Source: a plasmid
Length of the DNA: 64,000 bases
Direction: 5' to 3' (one strand)
Sequence record: NZ_CP143948.1
Each line of letters opens with the position of its first letter. Within the stretch, counting starts at the first letter, position 1. The notes beneath the pieces were generated by a model. That model did not search any database. It saw only the letters and a program-made list of their open reading frames with translations, and was not told the origin of the DNA. A program made the position numbers and the translations under genes. Below are positions 36,735 through 47,544 of this stretch, in pieces.

Positions 36735-39564
36735 AGACTTTGCCATCCTTTCCAACTACTATACGCGCATTTTTACTCTGTAAATCAAGCTTTTCCTGCT
36801 CCAACTCTACCACGCGGCATATGAAAGGGCTTGCGGCGTTTTCGTCACGTCCTCTCTTAATGCGGCGCGCCTTAGTCTCCTCAGGCGAACTCTCCAAAAA
36901 TACAGGTATATCAACACCCTTAAGGTATTCGCTTCCTCCGTGGGTCCACTCCAGGATGAGCACCTTAATTCCTGTAAAATCAGTTTCATCATATGAGATA
37001 TCACCGTCCTGGCGGCCCATATGCTTTATCTCAATTATATTTTTTCCTTTCTTAAACTCTGAAAGCTCCTTGTTAATCCTGTCAAAGTCAATCTCCTTAG
37101 GTGTTCCAAGATATCCACGTAAGCCATCCTCACCGGACTCGTTATACACATTAAGGCGTTCTTCGTCGTTTCTCATCGGGATACGGTGTGGATAATTGTC
37201 CCCAGTCAGCACATAGCAGGCTGTATTATCCTTCAAAAAATACTGCTGCAGGGCTGCTGCAATCGTTGTCTTTCCTGAGCCTGAGCCGCCGTAGATGCTT
37301 ATTACAATACGTTTATCAGAAGAACTATCTGCAGTGTCAGCCTCACTTAATTTTAGATTGCCGCACACCTTCTTTATCTCATCATACAGCTTCTTTGCCT
37401 CATCAAGCCTGATAAATGAAAACTGATATGCCTCATACTCCTTTGTTGCAAACGGAAGCGGTATTCCGGCATTCATCAGTGCTGCACCTGTGTACTGCCT
37501 GCCGGTATTTTCCTCAATATATACTGCATCCGACTCCAAGCCCTTAAGCTTCACATAGCAAGCAGCCGCGTTTGCCTCCGCATACAGACGAACCACGCTC
37601 ACAAGCGCCCTGTCCTTTGCCCTTGAGACAGACATCCACGCAGCCACCTCATCCTCAAATGGGCTTGTAAGGCGCCAGTAGGTGCCCTCATTTATAAGCA
37701 TCTCATACTTCTTAAAGGTCTTGATCTGCTCTCTGATTTCTTCCTTTTCCTCATCCGACAGAAGGGCCGGATTCAGCTCATAGCCAAAGGTTCCTGCCAT
37801 GGCTGTGATGCCTCTTGTTTTAAGGCTTGTCACTCTGCCGGTCTGATGATTTGGCACTGCCGATACATGCGCTCCCATGGACGATACCGGATAGAAGAAT
37901 GATGTGCCATACTGTATTCTTGTACGGTTTATGGCATCTGTATTGTCACTGCACCATATCTGTGGACTGTAGTAGAGCATGCCTGCATCAAATCGTCCAC
38001 CGCCACCGCTGCAGCCCTCAAGAAGTATATCCGGATATCTTGTCACCAGACGCTCCATAAAATCATACACTCCAAGCACGTAGTCGTATGCAAGATTTCC
38101 TGCATATACGTCAGCCATGCTTCTGTTCATATCCCACTTCACGTAGTCGATTTTTCCCTGGTCAAACACTGCGCAGATCTGATTGAAAATATTGTCCCTG
38201 ACTTCTTTTCTCGAAAAGTCTAAAAGAAGCTGGTTTCTTGAGCGTACAGGAAGCTTTCCCGGAATCTGGATAGCCCAGTCAGGATGCTCTCTGTACAGAT
38301 TACTGTCCTCATTTACCATCTCAGGCTCAATCCATATTCCAAACTTCACTCCCTGCGCATGCACTCTGTCGATGAGCTCAGAAAGTGTTCCGCCAAGCTT
38401 TTTCTCATTCACAAACCAGTCACCGAGTGATGAATTATCATCATCTCTCTTTCCAAACCAGCCGTCATCCATGACCACCATATCTATGCCCAGTGATGCG
38501 GCCTCCTTTGCAAGGTCTACTATCGTATCACCGGTAAAGTCAAAGTAAGCAGCCTCCCAGCTATTGATGAGCACCGGTCTTACCTCATGTGCAAATCTGC
38601 TCCTGCACACATGCTCACTGATGCAGGTGTGGTACTGATGGGAAAGCTGTGAGAAACCGTCTGCCGAGTATGACATAATCACCTCAGGCACTGTAAAGGT
38701 CTCTCCTGCCGCAAGCGGATATGAAAACAGCTCATCGGAAAGCCCCATTAAAAGGCGTGTCTGGTTAATCTGATCCTTCTCTGCCTCACATGAGAAGTTG
38801 CCACTATATACAAAAAGCATACCATAGCAGTCTCCTGCATTTTCTGTAGTATCGCGCTGTGCGAGAATAACCGCCGGATTGTACTGGTGGCTCGAGGTTC
38901 CTCTGCGGCTTCCGAATGAAAGTGTGCCGTGTCCTAAGTGTGTGCGCTCAAGATTGCGCTCCATGGCATGCTTACCGTAGAATCTGATCACATCATAGTC
39001 TCCGTAAACCATATCCAGGCAGGCAGCATGAGCCTTTTCAATTGTAATATTCCCACTGCCTGTATTTTTAATGAGCACACTTCTTGTGATGACATCACAA
39101 GCCTCAAGCACACCATAAAGCAGATGCACCTCAACGCCTGCGATATCATCGCCAAGAACTATTTCAAGAGTCTGCGCTTCATCATCAGATGCCCACACTG
39201 CCGGAAGTCCCTTTAGAGCGTATTTTCCGTCTCTGATTTCATGACTCTTATAAAGAAGCTCAACACTCTCAGTGCCCTGTTCGTTTTTGATATCAAGCGC
39301 AATATTTCTGAAATCGCCTGTGCCAAGTGTCGGATACTCCTGTGGCAGCGTATCAAGCGAATATGTACGGTTCATGCCTGCTGCGTAAGGATTGCCTGAA
39401 AAGCCTCTGTCAGCATATGTCAGAACATAGTCCATATCACATGTGCTTTTTGCTCCGTAGTACAGATGCAGCAGATAGCCCAGTCTGTCCACCTGCATCT
39501 GATATGTGGTGTGAGCTGTCTGTAAAGTAAAAATTTTCTTGTTTGGATTAAATATAATTGCCAT
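36724..39564 (-). CDS. Alpha-galactosidase (GH36, AgaA/Mel36-like; about 730 aa) fused in-frame to a C-terminal ~200-aa uridine-kinase/PRK-family P-loop kinase domain.
   Basis: The GH36 architecture is complete from MAIIFNPNKKIFTLQ through the GH36 catalytic-region KWDMN motif to the usual C-terminus. It then continues without a stop into a P-loop (IYGGSGSGKTT) and a Udk-like RRIKRGRDE motif. The 946-aa ORF is continuous in the track. Confidence 0.75.
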   Translation of the reverse strand: MAIIFNPNKKIFTLQTAHTTYQMQVDRLGYLLHLYYGAKSTCDMDYVLTYADRGFSGNPYAAGMNRTYSLDTLPQEYPTLGTGDFRNIALDIKNEQGTESVELLYKSHEIRDGKYALKGLPAVWASDDEAQTLEIVLGDDIAGVEVHLLYGVLEACDVITRSVLIKNTGSGNITIEKAHAACLDMVYGDYDVIRFYGKHAMERNLERTHLGHGTLSFGSRRGTSSHQYNPAVILAQRDTTENAGDCYGMLFVYSGNFSCEAEKDQINQTRLLMGLSDELFSYPLAAGETFTVPEVIMSYSADGFSQLSHQYHTCISEHVCRSRFAHEVRPVLINSWEAAYFDFTGDTIVDLAKEAASLGIDMVVMDDGWFGKRDDDNSSLGDWFVNEKKLGGTLSELIDRVHAQGVKFGIWIEPEMVNEDSNLYREHPDWAIQIPGKLPVRSRNQLLLDFSRKEVRDNIFNQICAVFDQGKIDYVKWDMNRSMADVYAGNLAYDYVLGVYDFMERLVTRYPDILLEGCSGGGGRFDAGMLYYSPQIWCSDNTDAINRTRIQYGTSFFYPVSSMGAHVSAVPNHQTGRVTSLKTRGITAMAGTFGYELNPALLSDEEKEEIREQIKTFKKYEMLINEGTYWRLTSPFEDEVAAWMSVSRAKDRALVSVVRLYAEANAAACYVKLKGLESDAVYIEENTGRQYTGAALMNAGIPLPFATKEYEAYQFSFIRLDEAKKLYDEIKKVCGNLKLSEADTADSSSDKRIVISIYGGSGSGKTTIAAALQQYFLKDNTACYVLTGDNYPHRIPMRNDEERLNVYNESGEDGLRGYLGTPKEIDFDRINKELSEFKKGKNIIEIKHMGRQDGDISYDETDFTGIKVLILEWTHGGSEYLKGVDIPVFLESSPEETKARRIKRGRDENAASPFICRVVELEQEKLDLQSKNARIVVGKDGKVYEQ

Positions 39565-39603
39565 AAAATCACCTCATATTATTGTTAAAATAGTGTTTAA
39601 AAA

Positions 39604-40440
39604 TTATCCCTTGATTGCACCGTTTGCAACACCGTTTAATATCTGCTTCTGGCAGATTATATAGAATATAAGTATCGGTATCAAAGCCAGAATATATGAT
39701 GCAAATGCCAGATTGTAGTTGGTTCCAAACTGTGTCTGGAAATTCAGCTGTGCCAGCGGCAGTGTATTCTGTCCTGTTCCTGACATGATGACAAGCGGTG
39801 TCATGACATCATTCCAGGTACCGAGTGCTGTCAGGATGGCTACTGTCGCATGCATAGGCTTCATCATAGGAAATACAACTCTCCAGTATGTTGTCCATGT
39901 ACTTGCGCCATCGATGTCTGCAGCCTCCTCAAGTGCCATAGGGATATTTTTCAAGTATCCACTATATAATAATACATTCATTGGCATGTAAAATACAAGA
40001 TATAAAATGATAACTCCTGCCCTGTTTCCAAGTCCCATCTGCGCAGTCTGCTTTACAAGAGGCATCATGAGAATTGAGAATGGCACAAACATACCGCTTA
40101 CAATGTAAAGATATATGAAACGGAAGCTCTTTTTCCTTGCCATGCCTCGTCCGATAACATATCCTGCAATCGAATGGATAAGGATTGCGAGAACAATGGT
40201 CACAATAGTGATAAGTAAGCTGTTTCCGAGAGAATGCCAGAAATCAGTCACCTTCATAGCCTCTGTGAAGTTTGAAAAGCTCCACTTTGAAGGGAATGAA
40301 AGAGCTCCTGCGACATCATTTGTCATCTCACTCGGTTTCTTGAAGGCAATGATAACAGCCATATACAGCGGGAAAAATACTGTTAAGGTTCCCAATATTA
40401 AAACGATGGTAAGTACCCAGTTTGATTTTTGTTTTTTCAT
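39604..40440 (-). CDS. Carbohydrate ABC transporter permease (MsmG/MalG-like).
   Basis: 278 aa, 6 TM. The EAA loop (EEAADIDGASTW) is present. Confidence 0.8.
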   Translation of the reverse strand: MKKQKSNWVLTIVLILGTLTVFFPLYMAVIIAFKKPSEMTNDVAGALSFPSKWSFSNFTEAMKVTDFWHSLGNSLLITIVTIVLAILIHSIAGYVIGRGMARKKSFRFIYLYIVSGMFVPFSILMMPLVKQTAQMGLGNRAGVIILYLVFYMPMNVLLYSGYLKNIPMALEEAADIDGASTWTTYWRVVFPMMKPMHATVAILTALGTWNDVMTPLVIMSGTGQNTLPLAQLNFQTQFGTNYNLAFASYILALIPILIFYIICQKQILNGVANGAIKG

Positions 40441-41315
40441 TATAACTGCTCCTCCTTCTTATTCATAACGCCCATCTGGAATAGTGAAATAGCCACAATT
40501 ACAACAAAGAAAATTACTGCGTTTGCACTCTGGAAGCCAAACTGTCCTCCATCCATACCATTTCTGTAAATCAGGTATGAGATTGACTCAGTGCTCTGCG
40601 CCGGGCCGCCCTTTGTCAATGACATAATCTGGTCAAATACCATGAGGAAGTTCTTTGTGCTGAGCACCAGATTGATTGTAACAAATGGCATAACGAGTGG
40701 AAATGTAACCTTCCAGAACTGCTTCCATTTGCTTGCTCCGTCGAGCATGCTGGCTTCGTAAACATCCTCAGGCACTGTCTGCAGTCCGGATATATAAATG
40801 ATGGTATTCATGGCAACCGCCTGCCATACCCCGACAATCAGCACACCAATCCATGCATATTTTTCACTCGCCAGAATACTGTTTTGTAAGAAACCGATGT
40901 TGAAGGTATTTCCTACTGCCGGCAGAATATATGTAAAAATAAAGCTGAAAATGTAACCAATAACCAGTCCGCCAAGGATATTCGGTACGAAATAAACACC
41001 TCTTAATGCACTCTTGCCGCGGATATTGCTGTTTAACGCAACTGCCATTACAAGGCTTAATACATTTACAAGTACAGTTCCTGCAATCGCATATTTAAAG
41101 GTAAACAGATAGCTCTTTCCGACTCTGGCGTCGGTAAACAGGTCTGTATAGTTTCTAAGTCCGACATAATCATATGAGCCATAGCCCTTGTAGTTTGTAA
41201 AGCTGTAAATCACACCCTTTATCATCGGCAGTGTGTTGAATGCGAAAAATAAAACCACAACAGGTATCACAACTGCCCAGAATGTCTTGTCTCTATTTGA
41301 CATTTTCTTTTTCAT
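40440..41315 (-). CDS. Carbohydrate ABC transporter permease (MsmF/MalF-like).
   Basis: 291 aa, 6 TM. The EAA loop (EASMLDGASKWKQF) is present. Confidence 0.8.
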   Translation of the reverse strand: MKKKMSNRDKTFWAVVIPVVVLFFAFNTLPMIKGVIYSFTNYKGYGSYDYVGLRNYTDLFTDARVGKSYLFTFKYAIAGTVLVNVLSLVMAVALNSNIRGKSALRGVYFVPNILGGLVIGYIFSFIFTYILPAVGNTFNIGFLQNSILASEKYAWIGVLIVGVWQAVAMNTIIYISGLQTVPEDVYEASMLDGASKWKQFWKVTFPLVMPFVTINLVLSTKNFLMVFDQIMSLTKGGPAQSTESISYLIYRNGMDGGQFGFQSANAVIFFVVIVAISLFQMGVMNKKEEQL

Positions 41316-42613
41316 TTTGCATCCTCCTGTTCCTTCTGGTAATCCTGTACTTCACGAATCAGATCTCTGTTGTAACGCTTCCAGTCTGAATCAAATTTCT
41401 TTAAGAACTTCTCCTTTGCATTGTCACCTGTGTCAAGCAGATATGTCTGAATCATGGCATCCACGCTCATCTCACTTGGATAATGATGATCCTGATAATC
41501 TGACATACGGTTGTCCTTTATATACTCCTGCATATCCTCCAGTGTATCAGGTATTGCGAAATCTCCCTCCTTGCAGGCAATTCCGCCCTGGTCATCCAGA
41601 TATGTCTGAATTGTCTCATCGCTGTACAGATATTCAAGCACCTCGTATGCTGCTTCCTTATTTTTGCAGGCCTTCATAACTGAAAACTGTAAATCTATTC
41701 CTGAATTTAACACATTGTCAGCCTCATTATCATTTGCCGGGAAAGTAAATGAACCGATATTCATATCAGGATTAACCGACTTAATCTGAGGAATAGCATA
41801 GCTTCCTATCGTGTACATGGCAGATTCACCTCTGGCAAAGGCTGTACATGCGTCATTGTAGCTGTAAGCATATGGATTGTCCTCTGCATAATCAAGCAAT
41901 GTGCGTATCTTGTCGGCAACCGGAGAATATGCCTCCTCAAATGTCGTATTTCCCATATTTACCTGATTACAGGTGTCTGAATCACAAAGGCCTACTGCAA
42001 GGGCATTCCACGGTGCCAGACAGGTCCATGTATCCTTAAAGCCCAGATACAAAGGAAGTGTTCCGCTTTCCTTTATCTCATTGCACAGTGCTGTAAACTC
42101 ACTCCAGGTTGTAGGCACCTTCCAGCCATTCTCCGCAAACATATCCTTGTTGTAAAGCACTCCTGCTGCATTTGCGGCGTAAGGAAGTGCATAGGTGCCA
42201 TCCTTTGGAATGAACTCAAGCTCCTTGTCCATATCCAGATATGCCTTTTTTACAGTGTCCACTGCATCCAGATCTGAGATATCCTCAAACAAATCTGCAT
42301 CCAGGAAATTTGAATAATTGATATCTCCACCTATTGCAATGATGTCCGGATAATCCTCACGGATGAAGCGTGTCTTTAAAATAGTCATAGCCTCATTCGG
42401 AGATGAGATAGTCAGGTGAATATCATCGTGAGTCTCATTAAATCGCTTTTCAATCTTCTCGAAAGCCTTAACAGCCTCCGGCTTATAAGAAACCACCTCA
42501 ATCTCAGTTTTTCCGTCCGCCCGCTTTTCATTTCCACATCCGGTCAGCCCTGTAGTGCACATTCCGAGTGCCAGCACAACCGCCATAGCCTGACAAATCT
42601 TTCTTTTTGCCAT
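41312..42613 (-). CDS. Sugar ABC transporter substrate-binding lipoprotein (MsmE-like, raffinose/melibiose-type).
   Basis: Signal peptide plus lipobox (LTGCGNEK). 433-aa SBP. Confidence 0.8.
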   Translation of the reverse strand: MAKRKICQAMAVVLALGMCTTGLTGCGNEKRADGKTEIEVVSYKPEAVKAFEKIEKRFNETHDDIHLTISSPNEAMTILKTRFIREDYPDIIAIGGDINYSNFLDADLFEDISDLDAVDTVKKAYLDMDKELEFIPKDGTYALPYAANAAGVLYNKDMFAENGWKVPTTWSEFTALCNEIKESGTLPLYLGFKDTWTCLAPWNALAVGLCDSDTCNQVNMGNTTFEEAYSPVADKIRTLLDYAEDNPYAYSYNDACTAFARGESAMYTIGSYAIPQIKSVNPDMNIGSFTFPANDNEADNVLNSGIDLQFSVMKACKNKEAAYEVLEYLYSDETIQTYLDDQGGIACKEGDFAIPDTLEDMQEYIKDNRMSDYQDHHYPSEMSVDAMIQTYLLDTGDNAKEKFLKKFDSDWKRYNRDLIREVQDYQKEQEDAK

Positions 42614-42792
42614 ATTTTTTCACTCCTTTTCTGTTTTATTTGCTCTTTTTCCTGATTAACTGATTATAACATACCATTATGCATACAATAAATACCATTA
42701 TTTTTGCTTTTTTATATCAATATGCTATAAAATATGTTATAATTGCATATAATGTCGCATAAGGGTATATTTATAGTATTAATCAATAAGGA

Positions 42793-43644
42793 GTGACTCA
42801 CATGGACAAACTTTCCTTCAATATTTTTCCAAATGTAAATTTCATAGATTTGTGTATGTACCAGTTCGGCCACGAGCAGTGCGAACCGGGACACTCATTT
42901 GGTCCTGCCACAAGAAACCACTATCTATTCCACTATGTACTGTCCGGCACCGGCACTCTGATGGCCGATAATGCAAAGGGCATTACACAAACCTACAACA
43001 TAAAAAGCGGGCAGGGCTTTCTGATTTTTCCCGGCCAGATAAATACCTATATCGCAGATGACAAGCTTCCTTGGGAATACATATGGATTGAGTTTGACGG
43101 TCTGCGCGTCAAGGAGGCTCTCACCACAACAGAGCTTACCCAAAATAATCCTGTATATCACACACACTCAAAGGATATCCGCGAAAAGCTTGTTGAGGAA
43201 ATGCTCTACATCACAAGGCACCCCTCAGAATCACCGTATCACCTGATTGGGCATATGTACCTTTTTCTGGATTATCTGATGCAGTCAGCCAAATCATCAA
43301 AACTCGTTCCGGGTGGGAAAATGAGTGATTTTTATATAAAAGAAGCGATGAATTATATCGAGCAGAATTTTCAGAATGATATCTCAATCGAAGATATTGC
43401 CGGAGTCTGCGGCATAAACCGAAGCTATCTGGGCAAAATTTTCAAAAATTCCGTTGGACATTCACCTCAGGAATTTCTCATGAATTATCGTATGATAAAG
43501 GCCACAGAGCTTTTAAAGCTGACCTCCTTATCCATCGCAGATGTTGGTTCTGCCGTTGGATACGAAAATCAGCTTCATTTCTCACGCGCCTTTAAAAATA
43601 TCTACGGAGTGGCTCCGAGGGAGTGGAGGAACGAGCATAAATAA
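42793..43644 (+). CDS. AraC-family transcriptional regulator (MsmR-like), divergent from the msm-like operon.
   Basis: N-terminal cupin/AraC sugar-binding-like domain plus a C-terminal twin HTH (IEDIAGVCGINRSYLGKIFK ... LHFSRAFKNIYGVAPREWR). Confidence 0.8.
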   Translation: MTHMDKLSFNIFPNVNFIDLCMYQFGHEQCEPGHSFGPATRNHYLFHYVLSGTGTLMADNAKGITQTYNIKSGQGFLIFPGQINTYIADDKLPWEYIWIEFDGLRVKEALTTTELTQNNPVYHTHSKDIREKLVEEMLYITRHPSESPYHLIGHMYLFLDYLMQSAKSSKLVPGGKMSDFYIKEAMNYIEQNFQNDISIEDIAGVCGINRSYLGKIFKNSVGHSPQEFLMNYRMIKATELLKLTSLSIADVGSAVGYENQLHFSRAFKNIYGVAPREWRNEHK

Positions 43645-43646
43645 GC

Positions 43647-44687
43647 TCACTGTTCATCCTTCACAAATTCATTTACATTGTCATGGGTCACCTTCTCATA
43701 CGGCAGATAAACATACTTTTTATCCTCAAACTTTATGTTTTTCATGCTGCCCCCGGTGGCTGCCAGATAGGCAAGCTGAGCCATAGCCCTTGCCTGTCCC
43801 TCCTTGTCATTGTAGACTGTTGCCGCAAGCTTCGACTGCTGCACTGCTTCAAGCCCATCGTCTGTGCCGTCCACTCCAAAAAATGCAGGTACATTCGACT
43901 CCGTCACACCAAGCTTTTCGTATGCGTCTATCGCTCCGAGTGCCATTGCATCGTTGTTTGCAATAACCAGCTCTATGCTGTTTTTATACTGACCTATAAG
44001 CTGTGTCATACGGTTCTGCGCCTGAGCACGATTCCAGTTTGCTATCTGACAGCTAAGCTTTTCTATCTGAAGACCGTTATTCTTCATGCTCTCTGTCACA
44101 CTCTCTGTCCTGACAATGGCATCCTGATGTCCCATCTCTCCCTCCAGGATGACGTACTGTATCCTGCCATCACCGTTTTTATCCACACCCGGATTATTCT
44201 TTATATAATCGGCAATGAGTTCCCCCTGCATCTGACCTGACTGCTTTGCCTTGGCCCCGACATAGTACAGCTTATCCCAGCGATTTAAATCCTCATCAAC
44301 CGGCTCCCTGTTAAAGAAAATAATCGGGATGTCCTTCTCCATTGCAGCATTTATAATATGCGACAAATCTGTTCTGTCTGCCAGATTAATACACAGCACA
44401 TTGCAGCCGTCCTCTATCATCTCCTGCACCTGGTCATCCTGTGCACGCTGTGAGCCTGCAGCATCCATGATTGTCATGCTGATATCATATTTGTCTGTAT
44501 CAAGACTTGCGCACTCCTTTTTGAAAGTTTCTATCAGCTCCCCGATAAATGTATCCTTCTGGTCATAGCAGGTCACGCCTATATATATCTGTTTTTTCTC
44601 GTCAACTCTTGTGTTGCTGCACGAGACAAATGACAATATCAGTGCAAAACACAGTATCATCATGGTATTTCTTATTCTGCTTCTCAT
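43647..44687 (-). CDS. Periplasmic-binding-protein-like sugar-binding lipoprotein (CUT2/ribose-galactose-binding-like). Likely a sensor-associated SBP of the downstream three-component system.
   Basis: Lipobox (FVSCSN). PBP type I fold motifs are present. It is the last gene of the HK/RR operon. Confidence 0.65.
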   Translation of the reverse strand: MRSRIRNTMMILCFALILSFVSCSNTRVDEKKQIYIGVTCYDQKDTFIGELIETFKKECASLDTDKYDISMTIMDAAGSQRAQDDQVQEMIEDGCNVLCINLADRTDLSHIINAAMEKDIPIIFFNREPVDEDLNRWDKLYYVGAKAKQSGQMQGELIADYIKNNPGVDKNGDGRIQYVILEGEMGHQDAIVRTESVTESMKNNGLQIEKLSCQIANWNRAQAQNRMTQLIGQYKNSIELVIANNDAMALGAIDAYEKLGVTESNVPAFFGVDGTDDGLEAVQQSKLAATVYNDKEGQARAMAQLAYLAATGGSMKNIKFEDKKYVYLPYEKVTHDNVNEFVKDEQ

Positions 44688-44701
44688 TTATTGTTCCCCC
44701 A

Positions 44702-45757
44702 CTACTGGCTGATTGCATACAAAAGCTTCTTGTTTTCTTCATCAAACAGATTTTTTCTGGTAAGAAGCTGGTAAGATACCGGCTTTTCCTCTACTGAATA
44801 TTTTCTACTGCCACGCAGCATATCGACCAGTCCTACAACACTTTTGTATCCGGCAGCAAATTCATCAGGTGTGATAAGAGCCTCTGTCCAGCCCGAATCG
44901 AGATAATATATGGCTTCTGTTGAGTTTCCTATCCCATATACCAGTGCACCCTGCAGATTATTATCAGAGGCTTCCTTTGCCGCCTCAACCACACTTGCAT
45001 CATCTATTGCAAGAACTATGTCAACCTTTCTCTGTGACTGCAGATTTATTTTCTCCCCGGTATCCGAAACACCTGATACAATCCACATCACAACACAGCC
45101 GCTCTCCGCGAGAGTATCCTTTATGCCATCAATGCGTTTTTTACAGGCATCGGATTCAGTGTTTTCACAATAGATTCCTATTTTTTTACCTGAAAGTGTT
45201 CCGTTGTTGTCAGCAAGAAGCTTTTGTGCCAGTTCCACACCCATGCTGTACTGGTCAAACTCCACTGTATTTAACGACTTAAAGCTCTCGCTTCCCGCCT
45301 GGTCTCCGACTACCATTATCGGTGTCTTTTTATTTATCCGGATAAGTGTATTAAGGCTTTTTTCTTCTGTCATTTTTTCTGCTGTCGGCTTGAAAACGAC
45401 CGCATCAGCTTTTTTGTTTATCTCCTGCTTTATGACATCAATTTCATCTGACATATTGTTCAGATTTTCCTTACTTATCATAACTACATCCACACCATAC
45501 TCAGAAGCCGCCATTTTCATGCCATATTTAAACGCAGCACTGTGGCTTTCATCCACATCAGCCATCACAACTGCAATACGCTCCGGTTTCTCATTGAGCT
45601 TATTGTATGCGATAAAACCTATTCCTATCACAAGTAGTACTCCCAGCAGCAGCTCTGTTATGATGAAGTTTCTCTTATTCTTGCTCATATTTGTCCATTT
45701 ATTTTTCACTGTCACACTCACACCTCCCATACAGCAAGGGAATTGTACTTGCTTCAT
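44702..45757 (-). CDS. Membrane-anchored periplasmic-binding-protein-like sugar-binding protein (second SBP-like sensor component).
   Basis: N-terminal TM anchor (FIITELLLGVLLVIGIGFIAY) followed by a PBP type I domain. The start is uncertain: ATG at 45688 or GTG at about 45712 with a GGGAGG RBS. Confidence 0.6.
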   Translation of the reverse strand: MKQVQFPCCMGGVSVTVKNKWTNMSKNKRNFIITELLLGVLLVIGIGFIAYNKLNEKPERIAVVMADVDESHSAAFKYGMKMAASEYGVDVVMISKENLNNMSDEIDVIKQEINKKADAVVFKPTAEKMTEEKSLNTLIRINKKTPIMVVGDQAGSESFKSLNTVEFDQYSMGVELAQKLLADNNGTLSGKKIGIYCENTESDACKKRIDGIKDTLAESGCVVMWIVSGVSDTGEKINLQSQRKVDIVLAIDDASVVEAAKEASDNNLQGALVYGIGNSTEAIYYLDSGWTEALITPDEFAAGYKSVVGLVDMLRGSRKYSVEEKPVSYQLLTRKNLFDEENKKLLYAISQ

Positions 45758-47544
45758 GCTATATGATGCTCCTCAAATTGAAGTCTGTTTTCCTCTGAAT
45801 AGACAATTGCCGGGATTTTGATTGTCACAACAGTTCCCTCATCAAGCTCACTTTCTATATGCAGACCATAGCGCTCTCCAAACAGTATCTTTATCCTGTT
45901 ATTTACATTGACAAGCCCTACTCCCGAGCCCTTCTTGTGAACCCTGTCCGTATTTGTCAGCAAAAGCGGAATTTCATTCTCCGGAATGCCCATTCCGTTG
46001 TCTGATACCGTTATGATGATATCCTCTCCCACTTTTTGGCCTCCGACTACTATCTCTCCGAAATCGTCCAGCTCTCTGATTCCGTAATTTAGTGCGTTTT
46101 CCAAAATCGGCTGAAGCACCAGCTTCACCGCACAGTAGTCCATTATTTCCTCGTCTACATCAAAGCTCACCTCAAATTTGTTCTTATAGCGCACCTTCTG
46201 AATATTCATGTAGCTTTTTGCGTGCAAAAGCTCATCTCGTACAGGTATTATGGTATGTCCCTTCGACAGACTGATACGGAAAAGTTTTGCAAGCTGCGTA
46301 ATCATAAACGAGGCCTCCTCGTTTTTGCCTCCTTCAATCATCCATGTGATGGAGTCAAGAGTATTATACAAAAAGTGCGGATTAATCTGGCTTTGAAGCA
46401 CATCAAGCTCGCTCTTTCGTCTCTCGTTCTGCTCCCATACGATCTTCTTCATGAGCTCATTGTTCTGCTTATATGAATTGCGTATAGAGTATCCCAGATG
46501 CCGTATCTCTGAGGAACCACCTACATAAATATCTGCTTCATTGCCACTTTCATACCTTTTCACAGAATCATCCAGCTTCATTATCGGCTTTGAAATACGT
46601 ATAGCTATCACTCTGTTTATCCACACAAACATCATAGCCATAATAATCATTATAACAAAAACAAACTGCTTCACATCCGCCATCTTATTGGTAAAGATGG
46701 AGTATGGCATCACACATACAAGCTTCCAGCCTGTGTAGCTGATTGTATCTACCATAATCTTACGATGCACTCCATTCAGATAATCATCATATATACTGTT
46801 TTGCGACTTTGCCGCAACATCGCTGTTTTCCGGAACATCTCCATCAAACTGTATCTGATGCGGATGGTAAATAATATTGCCATTTGCATCACACAGATAA
46901 TAATACTGTCCTTTTCCCGATGTATTTATCCTCTCAAGCATCCTTGATACACTCGAATAATCCATGTCCACAAGCATCACACCCATCTGTGATTCTGAAC
47001 CGGAGGTCAGCTCCACGGCACGGCTTGATGATATGACCAGATGATATCTCATGGAACCATCGTCAAACAGATTCTGTACATGAGGTGTTGAAAAATGTAT
47101 ATTTTCCATGCGCTCCATAGCTTCTATGAACCAGTCCTGTTTTGTCACATTCGGGTCCTCCTTCTGGGACACAACAGGCTCTGCAGCTATAAGGCTTCCA
47201 TACTGATTATACAAGGCAATACTGCGCAGATATTCCTTGTTTGACTCATAGAGCAGGCTCATGCCTTCGTGTATGCTGTCAGACTGCTTTAAAATATCAT
47301 TCTCCTTTATTACATTATAATACGCCGCATCCGAAACCTGCCTCATATTGACCAGATAGCTTTCCACACTGTCTATTGTCTGGTCCATCACCTTATGATT
47401 GCTCTCTATGATACTGTCCTGCGATGCATCGGCAAATTTTATATACATCACCACAACTGTGACAAGCATTATTGCAAACGACAGCAGTGAGAATGAGAGC
47501 ATTATTATGGATTGTATATTGCCTGATTTATACCTTATTTTTCT
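45754..47544 (-). CDS. Sensor histidine kinase (YesM/LytS-like; HisKA_3 + HATPase_c) with two TM segments and an extracytoplasmic domain.
   Basis: H-box (INPHFLYNTLDSITWM) and HATPase motifs (DNGMGIP, GSGVGL) are present. The start is taken at MRKIRYK (47544); the track ORF extends 26 codons further upstream. Confidence 0.8.
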   Translation of the reverse strand, partial: RKIRYKSGNIQSIIMLSFSLLSFAIMLVTVVVMYIKFADASQDSIIESNHKVMDQTIDSVESYLVNMRQVSDAAYYNVIKENDILKQSDSIHEGMSLLYESNKEYLRSIALYNQYGSLIAAEPVVSQKEDPNVTKQDWFIEAMERMENIHFSTPHVQNLFDDGSMRYHLVISSSRAVELTSGSESQMGVMLVDMDYSSVSRMLERINTSGKGQYYYLCDANGNIIYHPHQIQFDGDVPENSDVAAKSQNSIYDDYLNGVHRKIMVDTISYTGWKLVCVMPYSIFTNKMADVKQFVFVIMIIMAMMFVWINRVIAIRISKPIMKLDDSVKRYESGNEADIYVGGSSEIRHLGYSIRNSYKQNNELMKKIVWEQNERRKSELDVLQSQINPHFLYNTLDSITWMIEGGKNEEASFMITQLAKLFRISLSKGHTIIPVRDELLHAKSYMNIQKVRYKNKFEVSFDVDEEIMDYCAVKLVLQPILENALNYGIRELDDFGEIVVGGQKVGEDIIITVSDNGMGIPENEIPLLLTNTDRVHKKGSGVGLVNVNNRIKILFGERYGLHIESELDEGTVVTIKIPAIVYSEENRLQFEEHHIA

